This document shows, piece by piece, positions 17,324 through 27,037 of a stretch of 29,061 bases of DNA. Numbering within the stretch: position 1 is the stretch's first letter; every line of letters begins with the position of its first letter. The translations under genes were made by a program, and so were the position numbers. Origin of the DNA: a virus (taxonomy: Duplodnaviria > Caudoviricetes); the IMG/VR virus record IMGVR_UViG_3300037590_000053, positions 1-29,061 of that record, one strand, 5' to 3'. The notes under the pieces were generated by a model, which was not told where the DNA came from, did not search any database, and was given only the letters and a program-made list of their open reading frames with translations.

Positions 17324-17658
17324 TGAGCATCACGCAGCGGGATCGCCGCATTCTCTTTCTTGAGGCACGGCGCGCGGAGAATGATGCGGGCGAAGAGGAG
17401 GTCATCGGCTGGGAGGTGCTGTTTTATCGCTGGGCGGCCTATGAGCCGGTGAGCGATGGCGAGCGGCTCCGGGCGGCGGCGGTGGAACAGCGCAGCGATG
17501 CGCGGTTCCGGGTGCTGTGGTCCGGGCCCATGGTGCAGATCACCGGCGCGCATCGGCTGCGGTTTGACGGCGCAGATTGGCAGATCACCGGCCTCAAACA
17601 GCGCGGCTTTAAAGGTGAGATCGAGATCACCGCCTGGAAGATCCCGGAGGTGTCTTGA
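17323..17658 (+). CDS. Head closure/head-tail adaptor (SPP1 gp16-like)
   Basis: DRRI.F, WA..EP.S..ER, HRL.FDG..W.I motifs; position. Confidence 0.8.
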   Translation: MSITQRDRRILFLEARRAENDAGEEEVIGWEVLFYRWAAYEPVSDGERLRAAAVEQRSDARFRVLWSGPMVQITGAHRLRFDGADWQITGLKQRGFKGEIEITAWKIPEVS

Positions 17659-18131
17659 TGGCAGTTAAGATGAAGATCGAGGGCGCTGGCGACATTGAGC
17701 GCGCGTTGGCGGCACTGCCGCGTGGCACCGCCAAAGGGGTGATGCGGCGCGCCATGAAGAAGAGCCTCAAACCGGTGGCGCAGATGGCGGAAGCGGCCTC
17801 GCCCTTCGCCATTGCTGTGACGTCCAAGCTCACCGCGCGGCAGGCGCGTGAGGCGCGCAGGGATCGGGGCCGCAGCAAGGTTGTGCTCTACGTGGGGCCG
17901 GTTGAGCCGGATGGCGGTGATGCTCCGCATGCGCATCTCTATGAGTTTGGCACCGGCCCGCGCGTGCAACGCTCCACGGGACGCGCCACCGGGGCGATGC
18001 CCGCGCGGCCGTTCCTGCGCCCGGCTTGGGATACGAGCCAGGCCATGATGCTGGCGACACTCAAGCGCGAGGTCTGGGACGAGATTGAAAAAAGCCTGGA
18101 ACGGGCCCGGCGCAAGGCGACGCGCAGTTGA
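17658..18131 (+). CDS. HK97 gp10-like neck/tail-completion protein
   Basis: AHLYEFGT and MPARPFLRPAWD motifs. Confidence 0.85.
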   Translation: MAVKMKIEGAGDIERALAALPRGTAKGVMRRAMKKSLKPVAQMAEAASPFAIAVTSKLTARQAREARRDRGRSKVVLYVGPVEPDGGDAPHAHLYEFGTGPRVQRSTGRATGAMPARPFLRPAWDTSQAMMLATLKREVWDEIEKSLERARRKATRS

Positions 18132-18133
18132 GT

Positions 18134-18490
18134 ATGGAGCGCGAGGTGAGAGAGGCTCTCAAGCGTCTCGGTTATCCGGTTGTTTGGGGGGCGTTTGACA
18201 AAGAGGTGGACTTCCCCCGGATCACCCTGCAGCGGATCTCCAATGTGACGGATTACGCTCTCAAAGGGCGCTCGAATGTGGAGACTGCCCGCGTGCAGGT
18301 GAACGTCGCCTCAAAGACCTATGGCAAGCTTCTCACGCTTGTCCCGCAGATCTCCCAGACGCTCACCGATTTGCGCGGCGGATCAGTGATCCGCATCAAA
18401 GAACTCTCCCGGCGGGATGCTCTGACAGAGACCGGCGGCGAAGTGATCCGGCAGCAGATGCTGGATATGCAGGTGCGCTACCGCGCCTGA
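18134..18490 (+). CDS. Tail terminator-like protein
   Basis: FPRITLQRIS, ARVQVNV..KTY; position before tail tube. Confidence 0.7.
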   Translation: MEREVREALKRLGYPVVWGAFDKEVDFPRITLQRISNVTDYALKGRSNVETARVQVNVASKTYGKLLTLVPQISQTLTDLRGGSVIRIKELSRRDALTETGGEVIRQQMLDMQVRYRA

Positions 18491-18537
18491 CCTTGCCGGG
18501 CGACCGGCGTTTGCAAACAGTTTGAAAGGATAAGGCA

Positions 18538-18981
18538 ATGGCAGAGAATGTCATCGCAGGCGATCTGGTGGACGTTGAATGGTCCGCAGATGATGTCGAT
18601 GGGAACTTCGTGGTCATCAAGGGCTGCAAGACCGTGGGGATCCCGGAGGAAAACCCCGAGTACCGCGACCGCACCTCGCTCGACACCCCGGGGCGCACCC
18701 GCGAATACGGCGTTGGTCTTACCGAGGTTAGCGAGTTGACCCTGAGCTGCTTTTACTCGGCTGATCTCTATGAGCAGGCGCTCGCCTTCAAGGGCTCGGG
18801 TGTGCCGGTGTTCTTCCGGGTGAAGCTGCCAAAGGTCGGCGGGCAGGCCACCAATGGCGATGTCTTCAAATACAAGGCCTTCGTCAGTCCCTCGATCCCT
18901 GCCGTCGACCAGGATGGCGATCTGATGACGGATCTGAAGCTGCGCCCCACGGGCCTCATTGACTGGACGAAAGGCGCATAA
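18538..18981 (+). CDS. Major tail tube protein
   Basis: DRTSLDTPGRTREY..GL motif; size and position. Confidence 0.8.
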   Translation: MAENVIAGDLVDVEWSADDVDGNFVVIKGCKTVGIPEENPEYRDRTSLDTPGRTREYGVGLTEVSELTLSCFYSADLYEQALAFKGSGVPVFFRVKLPKVGGQATNGDVFKYKAFVSPSIPAVDQDGDLMTDLKLRPTGLIDWTKGA

Positions 18982-18984
18982 GAC

Positions 18985-19341
18985 ATGATCCCTGCAGCAA
19001 CTCTGAAGGTGGGCAAGACAACCCACAAACTGCGCCTCACCACGGGCGCGCTGATGCGCTTTGAAGAGGACAATGAAGGCCAGCCCTTCGATGGTCTTCT
19101 GGACCGGCTGATCCAGGGCACCGGGGGCATCAAGCCGATTGTCTCGGTGCTCTCTGCCGGTCTGGACGATGGCAAGGGTGTCTCCAAGGATGAGGCGATC
19201 GCGATGATGGACGCGGCAGGCGGTGCGCGCAAAGTTGTGCCCTTCATTGCCGAGGCCATCGCCAAGGCCTTCCCATCCCCGGCGCCAGAAGAGGACGGGG
19301 ATGACGCGGCGGGAAAGGCCGCCCGCCCGGCGGGGGCGTAG
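18985..19341 (+). CDS. Tail assembly chaperone (gpG-like)
   Basis: Between tail tube and tape measure; ends AFP...DAAGK carrying the slippery site. Confidence 0.8.
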   Translation: MIPAATLKVGKTTHKLRLTTGALMRFEEDNEGQPFDGLLDRLIQGTGGIKPIVSVLSAGLDDGKGVSKDEAIAMMDAAGGARKVVPFIAEAIAKAFPSPAPEEDGDDAAGKAARPAGA

Positions 19342-19658
19342 ACTGGGCGGCGCTCTTTGCCGCCTGGTGTGAGCTTGGCGCGGCCCACGCCGATTTTTAT
19401 GGCCTCACCTTGCGCGAATACGACCTCATCACGCGGGCTAAGATCCGGGCCAAGGATGCAGAGGTGGAGGCGCGCCGGGTGCTCAACCAGGAGCTCGGCC
19501 TTCTGGTGAGCCATGCGTTCCACAGTCCCAAGACCATGCCGGATTTTACCAAGGCAGCGGGCCGCAAGGGCCGCAGCCCCTCTGACGCCGCGCAGGATGT
19601 CGAGAAGCTGCGCGCGAGTCTGATGACGATGCACTTCCAAAGCAAGAAAGGGCGGTAG
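19311..19658 (+). CDS. Tail assembly chaperone gpT-like segment, expressed by -1 frameshift
   Basis: -1 frame is open from GGGAAAG (19311-19317) through DWAALF..W..LG...DFYGLTLREY to the stop at 19658. Confidence 0.8.
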   Translation, partial: GKGRPPGGGVDWAALFAAWCELGAAHADFYGLTLREYDLITRAKIRAKDAEVEARRVLNQELGLLVSHAFHSPKTMPDFTKAAGRKGRSPSDAAQDVEKLRASLMTMHFQSKKGR

Positions 19659-22600
19659 ATGTCCGCAGTAATTGGCGCGCTGCGCGGCGTGCTCTCCATG
19701 GATTCCGCCGCCTTTGAGACGGGCGCAAAGCGGGCCAAAGCCACCATGGGCACAGTCGAGCGGCGCATGGTGGCCCTGGCGGGCAAGATGGAGGGGGCCG
19801 GGCGTCGCATGGCGCTTGGCCTCACCCTGCCGATCGCGGCGGCAGCGGGCGTTGCGGTGCGCTCAAGCCTCAAAGTGGTGGATGCGCAAGCCAAGATGGC
19901 GCAGTCGCTCGGCACCACGGTGGCCTCGATGCAGGTGCTCGAGCGCGCAGCGGATCTCTCTGGGGTCTCCATGGGCGAGATGCAGCAGGCCACGCTGCAG
20001 CTCACCAAACGGCTGAGCCAGGCGGCGGGCGGCAGTGGTGCCGCGGCCAAGGCGCTCGATCGGTTGAACCTCAGCGCGACCGAACTGCAGGCACTGCCAC
20101 TGGATGAGCGCCTGTCGCAGATCCAATCGGCGCTTGCGGCTTATGTGCCAGAAGCCGAACGGGCGGCGGTGGCCTCGGATCTCTTTGGCAGCCGCGCGGG
20201 GCTGATCTTTACACGCATCGATGGCGCGGCGCTGCGCATCGCGACAGAGGATGTCAGCCGTTTTGGCCTGGCCGTCTCGGAGGTGGATGCGGACCAGATC
20301 GAGCTCACCAATGATGCGCTGTCGCGCATGAGCCTCGCCGGGCGCGGCCTCGCCAATCAATTGACGGTGGCCCTTGCGCCCAGCCTGCAATCGCTGGCGG
20401 ATGGGTTTGCCTCTGTCGCTGCGTGGTTTGCCGCGCTGGATGAGGGCTCAAAACGCCTCACGGCGGGGATTGCTGCAACCGTGGCAGCGGTCGGGCCGCT
20501 TACGCTTGGCCTTGGTCTGTTGCTGCGCACCACCGCGCCCGTGGTTCAGGGCATGCTGTCGCTGGCCACGGCGGCGCGCACCCTTGGGGTTGCGCTGACG
20601 CTTGCGACGGGCCCATGGGGCATTCTGGCCGCGCTGGTGGCGGGCACCGCGGGCTACTTTCTTGTGTTCCGCGACAATGCCGAGACCCTGCCGACCCCGC
20701 TTGAAGAGGCCACCAAGGCGCAACAGGCCCTGAGCGGGGCGATGGGGCTCTTTTATGAGACCTCCGCTCCCTCGGCGGCAAAGGCTGCGGTGGAGACCGC
20801 GACCAAATATTACGAATACGCCAAGGCCGCGCGGGAAGCGGCAGCCGCCAATATCGCGGTTCTTCAATCCGAGCTTGCCATGCAGCAAGGGGTGAATGAC
20901 GGGCTGAAGTTCGGCAACTTCTTTGGAGACGATGAAGAAGACCTGATCTTGGAGGATCTGGCGGCGGCGCGCGCAGAGCTCGCCAAGGCCGAGCGTCTCC
21001 TGGAGGATGCGCGGCGCAAGCAAAAACAGGCGGCAACCGCTGTCACCGGCGGTACCCTGCGCCAGTCGGAGGCAACGCAGGATCTCAGCAGCAACCTGTC
21101 GGTGGCGGTGGAGACCACGGCGGACCTTGGCTCTGCCATGGGCCAGACCAAGATCGAGGCGGAGGATCTGGCAGAGGGGTTGCAAACGGATCTGCCGCCC
21201 GCGATCTCTGGTGTGGCGCAGGCCTTTGGGGATCTGGTCGGGCGGGGCTTTCGGGACTTCAAAGACTTCTGGGGAGATCTGAAGCGCCTCGCGAAGCGTG
21301 AGCTTGCCAATCTCGCCGCGCTTTTTGCGCAGAACCAGCTGAAGGTCGCGCTTGGGATCTCTCTCTCGGGCGCGGGCACCGCAGCCAATGCGGCGGGCTC
21401 CTTCCTTGCGGGCTCTGGCGGCGGCGGTGGTCTGATGCCCGGTCTTTTGGGACAGGCTGCAACGGGGCTCTTTGGCGGCAGCAGCCTGCTTGCGGGGCTT
21501 GGGGGTGGCTTCCAGGCGTCACTGGGGTTGGGCGGCTTTACCAGCGCGGGGATCTTCAACATCGCCACCAATGCGGCATTGGCGTCGGCCGCGACAGGGG
21601 CGAGCGCGCTGGTGTCGACCATCGGCGCGGCGCTGCCCGTGGTCGGGATCATCGCCGGGGGTCTTGCGCTGTTGTCCAAGGCCTTCGGGCGCAAGTTCGA
21701 GTATTCCGCCCTGGAAGGCACCATCGGGGCCGATGGGTTTGATGGCTACACCCGCGATTTTTACAAAGGCGGGTGGTTCCGCAGCAATAAGACGGTTTAT
21801 GGCGCTGTTGATCCGGTGGTGGATACCGCGTTGGATCAGCAGGTCGAGGGGCTGACCTCAAGTCTTCTGTCGATGTCAGAGGCGCTGGGACTTGGCTCCG
21901 ATGCGCTGGCTGATTTTGAGGGCTACACGCTCTCGGTGATGACCTCGGGGCGCACGCAGGAGCAGATCCAGCAGGATATCGCGGATCACATGGCGGCAGC
22001 CACGGAACAGATGGCCGATCTGATCCTCGGCACCGATGCGTTCAGTCGCGCGGGCGAAAGCGCCTCGGAGACGCTCTCGCGCCTGTCGGGGAGCCTCTTG
22101 GCCGTCAATGACGCCATGGATCTCTTGGGGGCGGCGGCTTTTGATGTGTCGCTCGGCGGGGCAGATCTGGCCTCTGATCTGGTCGAGAAGTTTGGCGGTG
22201 CGGATCAACTCGCGGCCTCGGTCTCCGGTTACTTCTCCGGGTTCTACACCCAAGCGGAGCGCAGCGAGGTTCTTCTGCGGCGTCTGCGCGAAGAGTTTGA
22301 GGCCCTGGGGATCAGCATGCCGGCCTCGCGCGATGCCTTCCGCGAGATCGTGGAGAGCCTCGATCTGACCACGGAGGGAGGGCAAAATCTCTATGCAGAG
22401 TTGCTGCGTCTTTCCGGGGCGATGGATGAGGTGCTGCCACAGATCGGATCCTTCACGGCTGAACTCAGCGGCATGGCACAGGAGATCGGCGGGGAGATCG
22501 GTGTTCAGATCGATGCGGCGCGCGACATGGTGAGCGAGGCGCGCGCGGCTGCGGGGGAATGGCGGCGCACGGCAGAAGGGTTGCGCGGGTTTGTCTCGGA

Positions 22601-24278
22601 TCTCTTGGCCACAGACCTGAGCGCAGCCAGCGGGGCCCAAAGCGCAGCGGCGCAGCGGTCGCGGCTGGATGCAGCCTTTGCCGGGGTGCAGGCGGGCGAT
22701 GCAACGGCAGCCGCAGATCTTCCCGGGCTCGCGCGCACCTATTTGCGCAGCGCGCGCGAGGCGGCGGGTTCGGATCTGGAATATCGCCGGATCGCGGCAG
22801 AGGTGCAGGCGCAACTCAGCTTTGCGGCGGGTGTGGCGGAGCTTGAGGCCGGAAACGATGAGGTTCTGGCCGGGCTCTACGCGCAGCAGATCGAGGTCCT
22901 GACCTCGCTAGGCACCTTCCTGCAGCTTGAAGGGCTGACCGCAGATCAGGTGGCCAATCTCAGCGACGGGGTGCAGGCGCTCGCGGAGGATTGGGATGGC
23001 ACGGTGGCCGCCTTTGAGGCGTCCATGTCGGCGCTCGAGAGCGCCATCGAGACTGCCGAAGGCTTCAGCTATGACGACCTGGTGGGCGCGCTCGATGTTG
23101 CGGTGACACTGGATGAGACCGCGCCGCGCTGGCTGCGACGGCTGGTGGGGTCTGCGGATGAGGGCATCCGCACCACGCTCGATTTTATCATCCGCCGGGA
23201 TGATCTGACACCCGCCGATCGCTGGATCGCAACGCAGGCGCTCTCAGAGCATGTGGCCACGCTCAATCTGGTGCTGGGCGAGGATCTCGATCGCGGCAGT
23301 CGCAGGCTTGCGCTGACCACGGCTGCGGATCTGCGCCGCCGCTTGATGCTGGATCTTGGGCGCGATCTGGATCCCGAGACCCGCGCGCTGGTGCTCACCC
23401 GTTCTGCCAACCTGTCCCGCCGGGTGAATGTGGCGCTGACCACGGAAGGGGCTGACACGGTCGCGCGGCTGACGCGGCTTTCCGAGCTCATTGGGGGGCG
23501 ACGCGGCGGCGGTCGGCTGACCTTTGACGGTGGCGTTGTTCTGGAGGCGGGGGACGTCTTTGCCGATCTTGCCAGCCAAACCGAACGCCTGCGCGCGCCC
23601 TTGGATCGGCTGCGGGAGATGCTGGGGGCGCTGCGCGATGCGATTGACGCCGATCGACAGGACAGAAAGCTGCAGCTGCGCCTGACGCGCCTGCAGGCGC
23701 GCGGCGAAACGGTCCTCGCGCGCACTCAAAACGGTCAGGATGTGGTCGATCGCTTCAATGCGCTGCGCGCCCAATATGGTGTTGGGCTCGCGGGCCATGA
23801 CGCCACGGTCACCGTTGGGGAGCGCGGCTATATCACGCCCTCTTTTGAGTCCTACAGTGGCGGCGATGTCGTCGGCTTTTGGGACGCGCTGCGAGAGACC
23901 TTCGGGACCAGCGTGATCGGCGATGTGTTCCGCCGCTCCAATGAGCAAACCCGGGCGGCTTATGAGCGCGCGCAGCAGTTGCGCCAACAGATCCGCAGCC
24001 TTGGTGGCATTCCGGCCTTTCGGCAGGGCGGCGCGCACCAGGGCGGCGCGCGGATCGTGGGCGAGGCAGGCTGGGAGATCGAGCACACCGGACCCTCGCG
24101 GATCCACAGCCACGCGGAGTCGGTGGCAATGCTCGACAACCGGCCTCTGACCAAAGGGGTGGCGGAGCTGACCCGCCATGTGGTGGCGCAGGGTCAGGTG
24201 GTTCAATTGCTGCTGAACAAACTGGCAAGCAAAGTGGACGATTGGGATGACTTTGGTCTGCCCGGGGAGCGGCGCTGA
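19659..24278 (+). CDS. Tape measure protein
   Basis: 1539 aa, Ala/Gly/Leu-rich helical; IGALRGVLSMDSAAF N-terminus; C-terminal AFRQGG...RIVGEAG.E motif. Confidence 0.92.
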   Translation: MSAVIGALRGVLSMDSAAFETGAKRAKATMGTVERRMVALAGKMEGAGRRMALGLTLPIAAAAGVAVRSSLKVVDAQAKMAQSLGTTVASMQVLERAADLSGVSMGEMQQATLQLTKRLSQAAGGSGAAAKALDRLNLSATELQALPLDERLSQIQSALAAYVPEAERAAVASDLFGSRAGLIFTRIDGAALRIATEDVSRFGLAVSEVDADQIELTNDALSRMSLAGRGLANQLTVALAPSLQSLADGFASVAAWFAALDEGSKRLTAGIAATVAAVGPLTLGLGLLLRTTAPVVQGMLSLATAARTLGVALTLATGPWGILAALVAGTAGYFLVFRDNAETLPTPLEEATKAQQALSGAMGLFYETSAPSAAKAAVETATKYYEYAKAAREAAAANIAVLQSELAMQQGVNDGLKFGNFFGDDEEDLILEDLAAARAELAKAERLLEDARRKQKQAATAVTGGTLRQSEATQDLSSNLSVAVETTADLGSAMGQTKIEAEDLAEGLQTDLPPAISGVAQAFGDLVGRGFRDFKDFWGDLKRLAKRELANLAALFAQNQLKVALGISLSGAGTAANAAGSFLAGSGGGGGLMPGLLGQAATGLFGGSSLLAGLGGGFQASLGLGGFTSAGIFNIATNAALASAATGASALVSTIGAALPVVGIIAGGLALLSKAFGRKFEYSALEGTIGADGFDGYTRDFYKGGWFRSNKTVYGAVDPVVDTALDQQVEGLTSSLLSMSEALGLGSDALADFEGYTLSVMTSGRTQEQIQQDIADHMAAATEQMADLILGTDAFSRAGESASETLSRLSGSLLAVNDAMDLLGAAAFDVSLGGADLASDLVEKFGGADQLAASVSGYFSGFYTQAERSEVLLRRLREEFEALGISMPASRDAFREIVESLDLTTEGGQNLYAELLRLSGAMDEVLPQIGSFTAELSGMAQEIGGEIGVQIDAARDMVSEARAAAGEWRRTAEGLRGFVSDLLATDLSAASGAQSAAAQRSRLDAAFAGVQAGDATAAADLPGLARTYLRSAREAAGSDLEYRRIAAEVQAQLSFAAGVAELEAGNDEVLAGLYAQQIEVLTSLGTFLQLEGLTADQVANLSDGVQALAEDWDGTVAAFEASMSALESAIETAEGFSYDDLVGALDVAVTLDETAPRWLRRLVGSADEGIRTTLDFIIRRDDLTPADRWIATQALSEHVATLNLVLGEDLDRGSRRLALTTAADLRRRLMLDLGRDLDPETRALVLTRSANLSRRVNVALTTEGADTVARLTRLSELIGGRRGGGRLTFDGGVVLEAGDVFADLASQTERLRAPLDRLREMLGALRDAIDADRQDRKLQLRLTRLQARGETVLARTQNGQDVVDRFNALRAQYGVGLAGHDATVTVGERGYITPSFESYSGGDVVGFWDALRETFGTSVIGDVFRRSNEQTRAAYERAQQLRQQIRSLGGIPAFRQGGAHQGGARIVGEAGWEIEHTGPSRIHSHAESVAMLDNRPLTKGVAELTRHVVAQGQVVQLLLNKLASKVDDWDDFGLPGERR

Positions 24279-25183
24279 TGGACTTCAACATGATTGCGCC
24301 CATGCCCGTGGGGGATGCGGAGCTGGTTGCCTCCAATATCGCCGAGGAAGATCACCCGGAATGGGCCGCTGGCACAGCCTATGCCAAGGGCGATCGGGTG
24401 ATCTCGACCCTGACACACCGGATCTATGAGAGTGTGCGGGACGCCAACCAAGGCCATGATCCGGTGGTGGATGATGGCAGCAACTGGCTGGACATCAGCG
24501 CCACCAATCGCTGGCGGGCGTTTGACCAGCGCCGGTCCAATACGGCGCGGCAAGCGGATCGCATCACCTATTCGGTGGTGCCGTCGCAGGATTGTGACGC
24601 GATCGCGCTTTTTGGGCTGCGCGCAGGATCGGTGCGGATCGAGGTCTGGGATGGCGCGGCCCGGATCTATGACCAGACCTTTGCGATGGTCGATAGTGGC
24701 CATGTGGTCAGTGCCTATACCTGGTTCTTTGGCGGGATCGTCTATGCGCGCCAGAAGGTTCTCAATGGGTTCCCGGGCTACATCGGCCATCGCATCGACA
24801 TCACGATCGACGCCACCGGCGGTGAGGCTGAGGTGGGCCATATCGTGCTGGGGCGCAATCATATCCTGGGGCGGGTGCAGAACCTGCCGCGCGCGCAGTT
24901 CGTGAGCCACAGTCGCAAGGGCTATGATGACTTTGGCAATGAGATTCTGGTCAAGCGTGGCTCGACGCGCAAGTTCGACCTGTCGCTTTTTGTGCCAACG
25001 GTCCAGGCGCAGCGCGTGATGGATATCGTCGCTGAGATCGACGGTCTGGCGACTGCGTTTTACGTGACCGGCACGTCCCCCTCTTACGGCATTGAGGGCC
25101 TCGGCTTCATCGATGACCACAGCCAGCCTTTGGATGTTGCGGGCGAGTCCGTCTTTCCGCTGATTATCAAAACCCTGAAATAG
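24278..25183 (+). CDS. Tail-tip protein with CBM5/12-like insertion
   Basis: EWAAGTAYAKGDRV...IYES...N.G.DP...W carbohydrate-binding-module-like motif; directly after tape measure. Confidence 0.6.
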   Translation: MDFNMIAPMPVGDAELVASNIAEEDHPEWAAGTAYAKGDRVISTLTHRIYESVRDANQGHDPVVDDGSNWLDISATNRWRAFDQRRSNTARQADRITYSVVPSQDCDAIALFGLRAGSVRIEVWDGAARIYDQTFAMVDSGHVVSAYTWFFGGIVYARQKVLNGFPGYIGHRIDITIDATGGEAEVGHIVLGRNHILGRVQNLPRAQFVSHSRKGYDDFGNEILVKRGSTRKFDLSLFVPTVQAQRVMDIVAEIDGLATAFYVTGTSPSYGIEGLGFIDDHSQPLDVAGESVFPLIIKTLK

Positions 25184-25195
25184 GAGAGTGCCAGC

Positions 25196-26599
25196 ATGAG
25201 CATTCCAAGCTTCTCGGCGTTTCCCGAGATCCCGCAACGCAGTGCGCCGGAGGCGGATTTTGACGCCAAGATGTATGCGCTGTTCAACCACTTTGCGACC
25301 ACGCACCGCGCCGAACTCCTGGCCTTCATCCAGTTTTTGGAAACAAACTCCACCGTGATCGGGGCCGCGCTGAATGGAACTACAATTGGCCTCAACACGC
25401 CAGCCGCTGCGAAGTTCACGGATCTTGAGGCCCCGCTTTTGGTTCTCAACAACGCTCAGTCTGGAGTTCAGGCGAAACTGGAGGCCAGCGCCTCAGACTT
25501 GAATGTCGCGACACTGTCCGACCATCCGATTGACTTCCGCCCCAATGACATTCGGAGCCTGTTGCTCCAGACCAATGGCGACAAGACCTTCTACAGCACA
25601 GCGGGCGATGTGATCGCCAACTTGAAGAATGACGGGCGTCTGGGGGTAAACTGTACGCCCAACGATCATTTGCACGTTCATGAGCCATCAAACGGACCAA
25701 CCGTCCTGCGCCTCTCCAACAATGAGGGAAACGTGAGGATCTTGCAGGATCAGTTCGGCAATCTGACCTTTAATCAGAATGGCCGCGTCGCGCATTTCTT
25801 CGATGACTATGGTCGGATGGACATCTACGGAGACAACAGCAACAACAATCACAAGCTGGGCGTCTATACCGAGAACCTCAGCTTCGACAACAACATCCAG
25901 CGGATCGTGGCAGATCGTCCGGGCGGCTCCGGGTTTGATTTTCTGTCCTGCTTTGCCAATAACGCGGCAAGCGCGGATATCGAGTTCCGTTTCAGGGGAG
26001 ACGGCCAAGCCTTTGCCGATGGCTCCTGGAACGGTGGCGGTGCGGACTATGCAGAGTTCTTTGAATGGTCTGATGGAAACGCAAGCGGCGAGGACCGGCG
26101 CGGCGTCTCGGTGGTTCTTGATGGGGCCATGATCCGCCCGGCGCTCTCCGGCGAGGATCCCATCGGTGTAATCTCCGCCAATCCCTCTGTGATCGGGGAT
26201 GCAGACATAGATCGCTGGAAAGAGAAGTATCTGCGCGATGCGTTCGGCTCCTACATCATGGAGGATTTTGAGGTTTTGGAATGGGAAGTCCTGCGCCCGA
26301 CCCAAGACCCGGAAACCGGCGCATTCAGCGGGCAGTTCGTCACCCGGCAATACCCGGCGGTTTCCGTGCCAGAAGGCATTGTCGTCCCAGAGGATGCCAC
26401 CCGCACGACCTTGCAGCGGCGCACATTGAACCCGGCATGGAACCCCGACGAGGAATACATCCCGCGCTCTGAGCGCCCCGAATGGGCCACCGTGGGGCTC
26501 ATGGGCAAGCTGCGGCTGCGCAAAGGTCAGCCGGTAGCGCCGACCTGGATCAAGATGCGCGACGTCTCATCGGAGGTGGAAGAATGGCTGATCAAGTGA
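25196..26599 (+). CDS. Tail fibre/spike with C-terminal Peptidase_G2-like intramolecular chaperone
   Basis: GADYAEFFEW.DGN, GVISANPS and YIPRSERPEWATVGLMGKL motifs. Confidence 0.8.
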   Translation: MSIPSFSAFPEIPQRSAPEADFDAKMYALFNHFATTHRAELLAFIQFLETNSTVIGAALNGTTIGLNTPAAAKFTDLEAPLLVLNNAQSGVQAKLEASASDLNVATLSDHPIDFRPNDIRSLLLQTNGDKTFYSTAGDVIANLKNDGRLGVNCTPNDHLHVHEPSNGPTVLRLSNNEGNVRILQDQFGNLTFNQNGRVAHFFDDYGRMDIYGDNSNNNHKLGVYTENLSFDNNIQRIVADRPGGSGFDFLSCFANNAASADIEFRFRGDGQAFADGSWNGGGADYAEFFEWSDGNASGEDRRGVSVVLDGAMIRPALSGEDPIGVISANPSVIGDADIDRWKEKYLRDAFGSYIMEDFEVLEWEVLRPTQDPETGAFSGQFVTRQYPAVSVPEGIVVPEDATRTTLQRRTLNPAWNPDEEYIPRSERPEWATVGLMGKLRLRKGQPVAPTWIKMRDVSSEVEEWLIK

Positions 26600-26647
26600 G
26601 CGCAACAGCATCTGCCCTCGTGTTGGTTCAGTCGGAGGCCTGAGAGG

Positions 26648-26974
26648 ATGACCATGATTGAAAACAGCGATCGGGGGATCACGTTGAACAAATCCCTCGC
26701 CTGGACCGTGGCCTGCGGTTTGGTGGGCGCCGGGCTGTGGGTCGGCATTCAGGTGGCCACCTTGCGCGGAGAGACCGCAGGGCTCTCGCAGACCATCAAC
26801 GGGCTGCGGGTGGATCTCACCGCCTCTGAGGCCCGCCAAGCGGCGCTTACCTCACGAGTGCGCGCCAATGAGACGGCGCTGGCCCGTCAGGATGAGCGCC
26901 TGTCGCTGATCCTCTCTACCCTCAACAAGATCGACAATCGGCTTGAGCGCATGGAGCGCCAGCCGCTGCGCTGA
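26648..26974 (+). CDS. Membrane-anchored coiled-coil protein (possible holin/lysis accessory)
   Basis: One hydrophobic segment LAWTVACGLVGAGLWVGI followed by heptad-rich tail; upstream of lysis genes. Confidence 0.6.
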   Translation: MTMIENSDRGITLNKSLAWTVACGLVGAGLWVGIQVATLRGETAGLSQTINGLRVDLTASEARQAALTSRVRANETALARQDERLSLILSTLNKIDNRLERMERQPLR

Positions 26975-27001
26975 TCCTTCCCCAACATTCTGAACCCCCA
27001 A

Positions 27002-27022
27002 AGCCCGCCTGCGGGCTCTTTT
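27002..27022 (+). terminator. Terminator-like hairpin directly before lysis gene
   Basis: AGCCCG-CCTG-CGGGCT-CTTTT. Confidence 0.5.
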
Positions 27023-27037
27023 GACATGGAGATCCCC

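Noticed and set aside
10685-26599. Gene transfer agent (RcGTA-like) cluster
   Set aside because: Integrase, repressor switch, replication module, HNH/cos-type packaging, very long TMP and absence of GTA hub/megatron genes indicate a prophage
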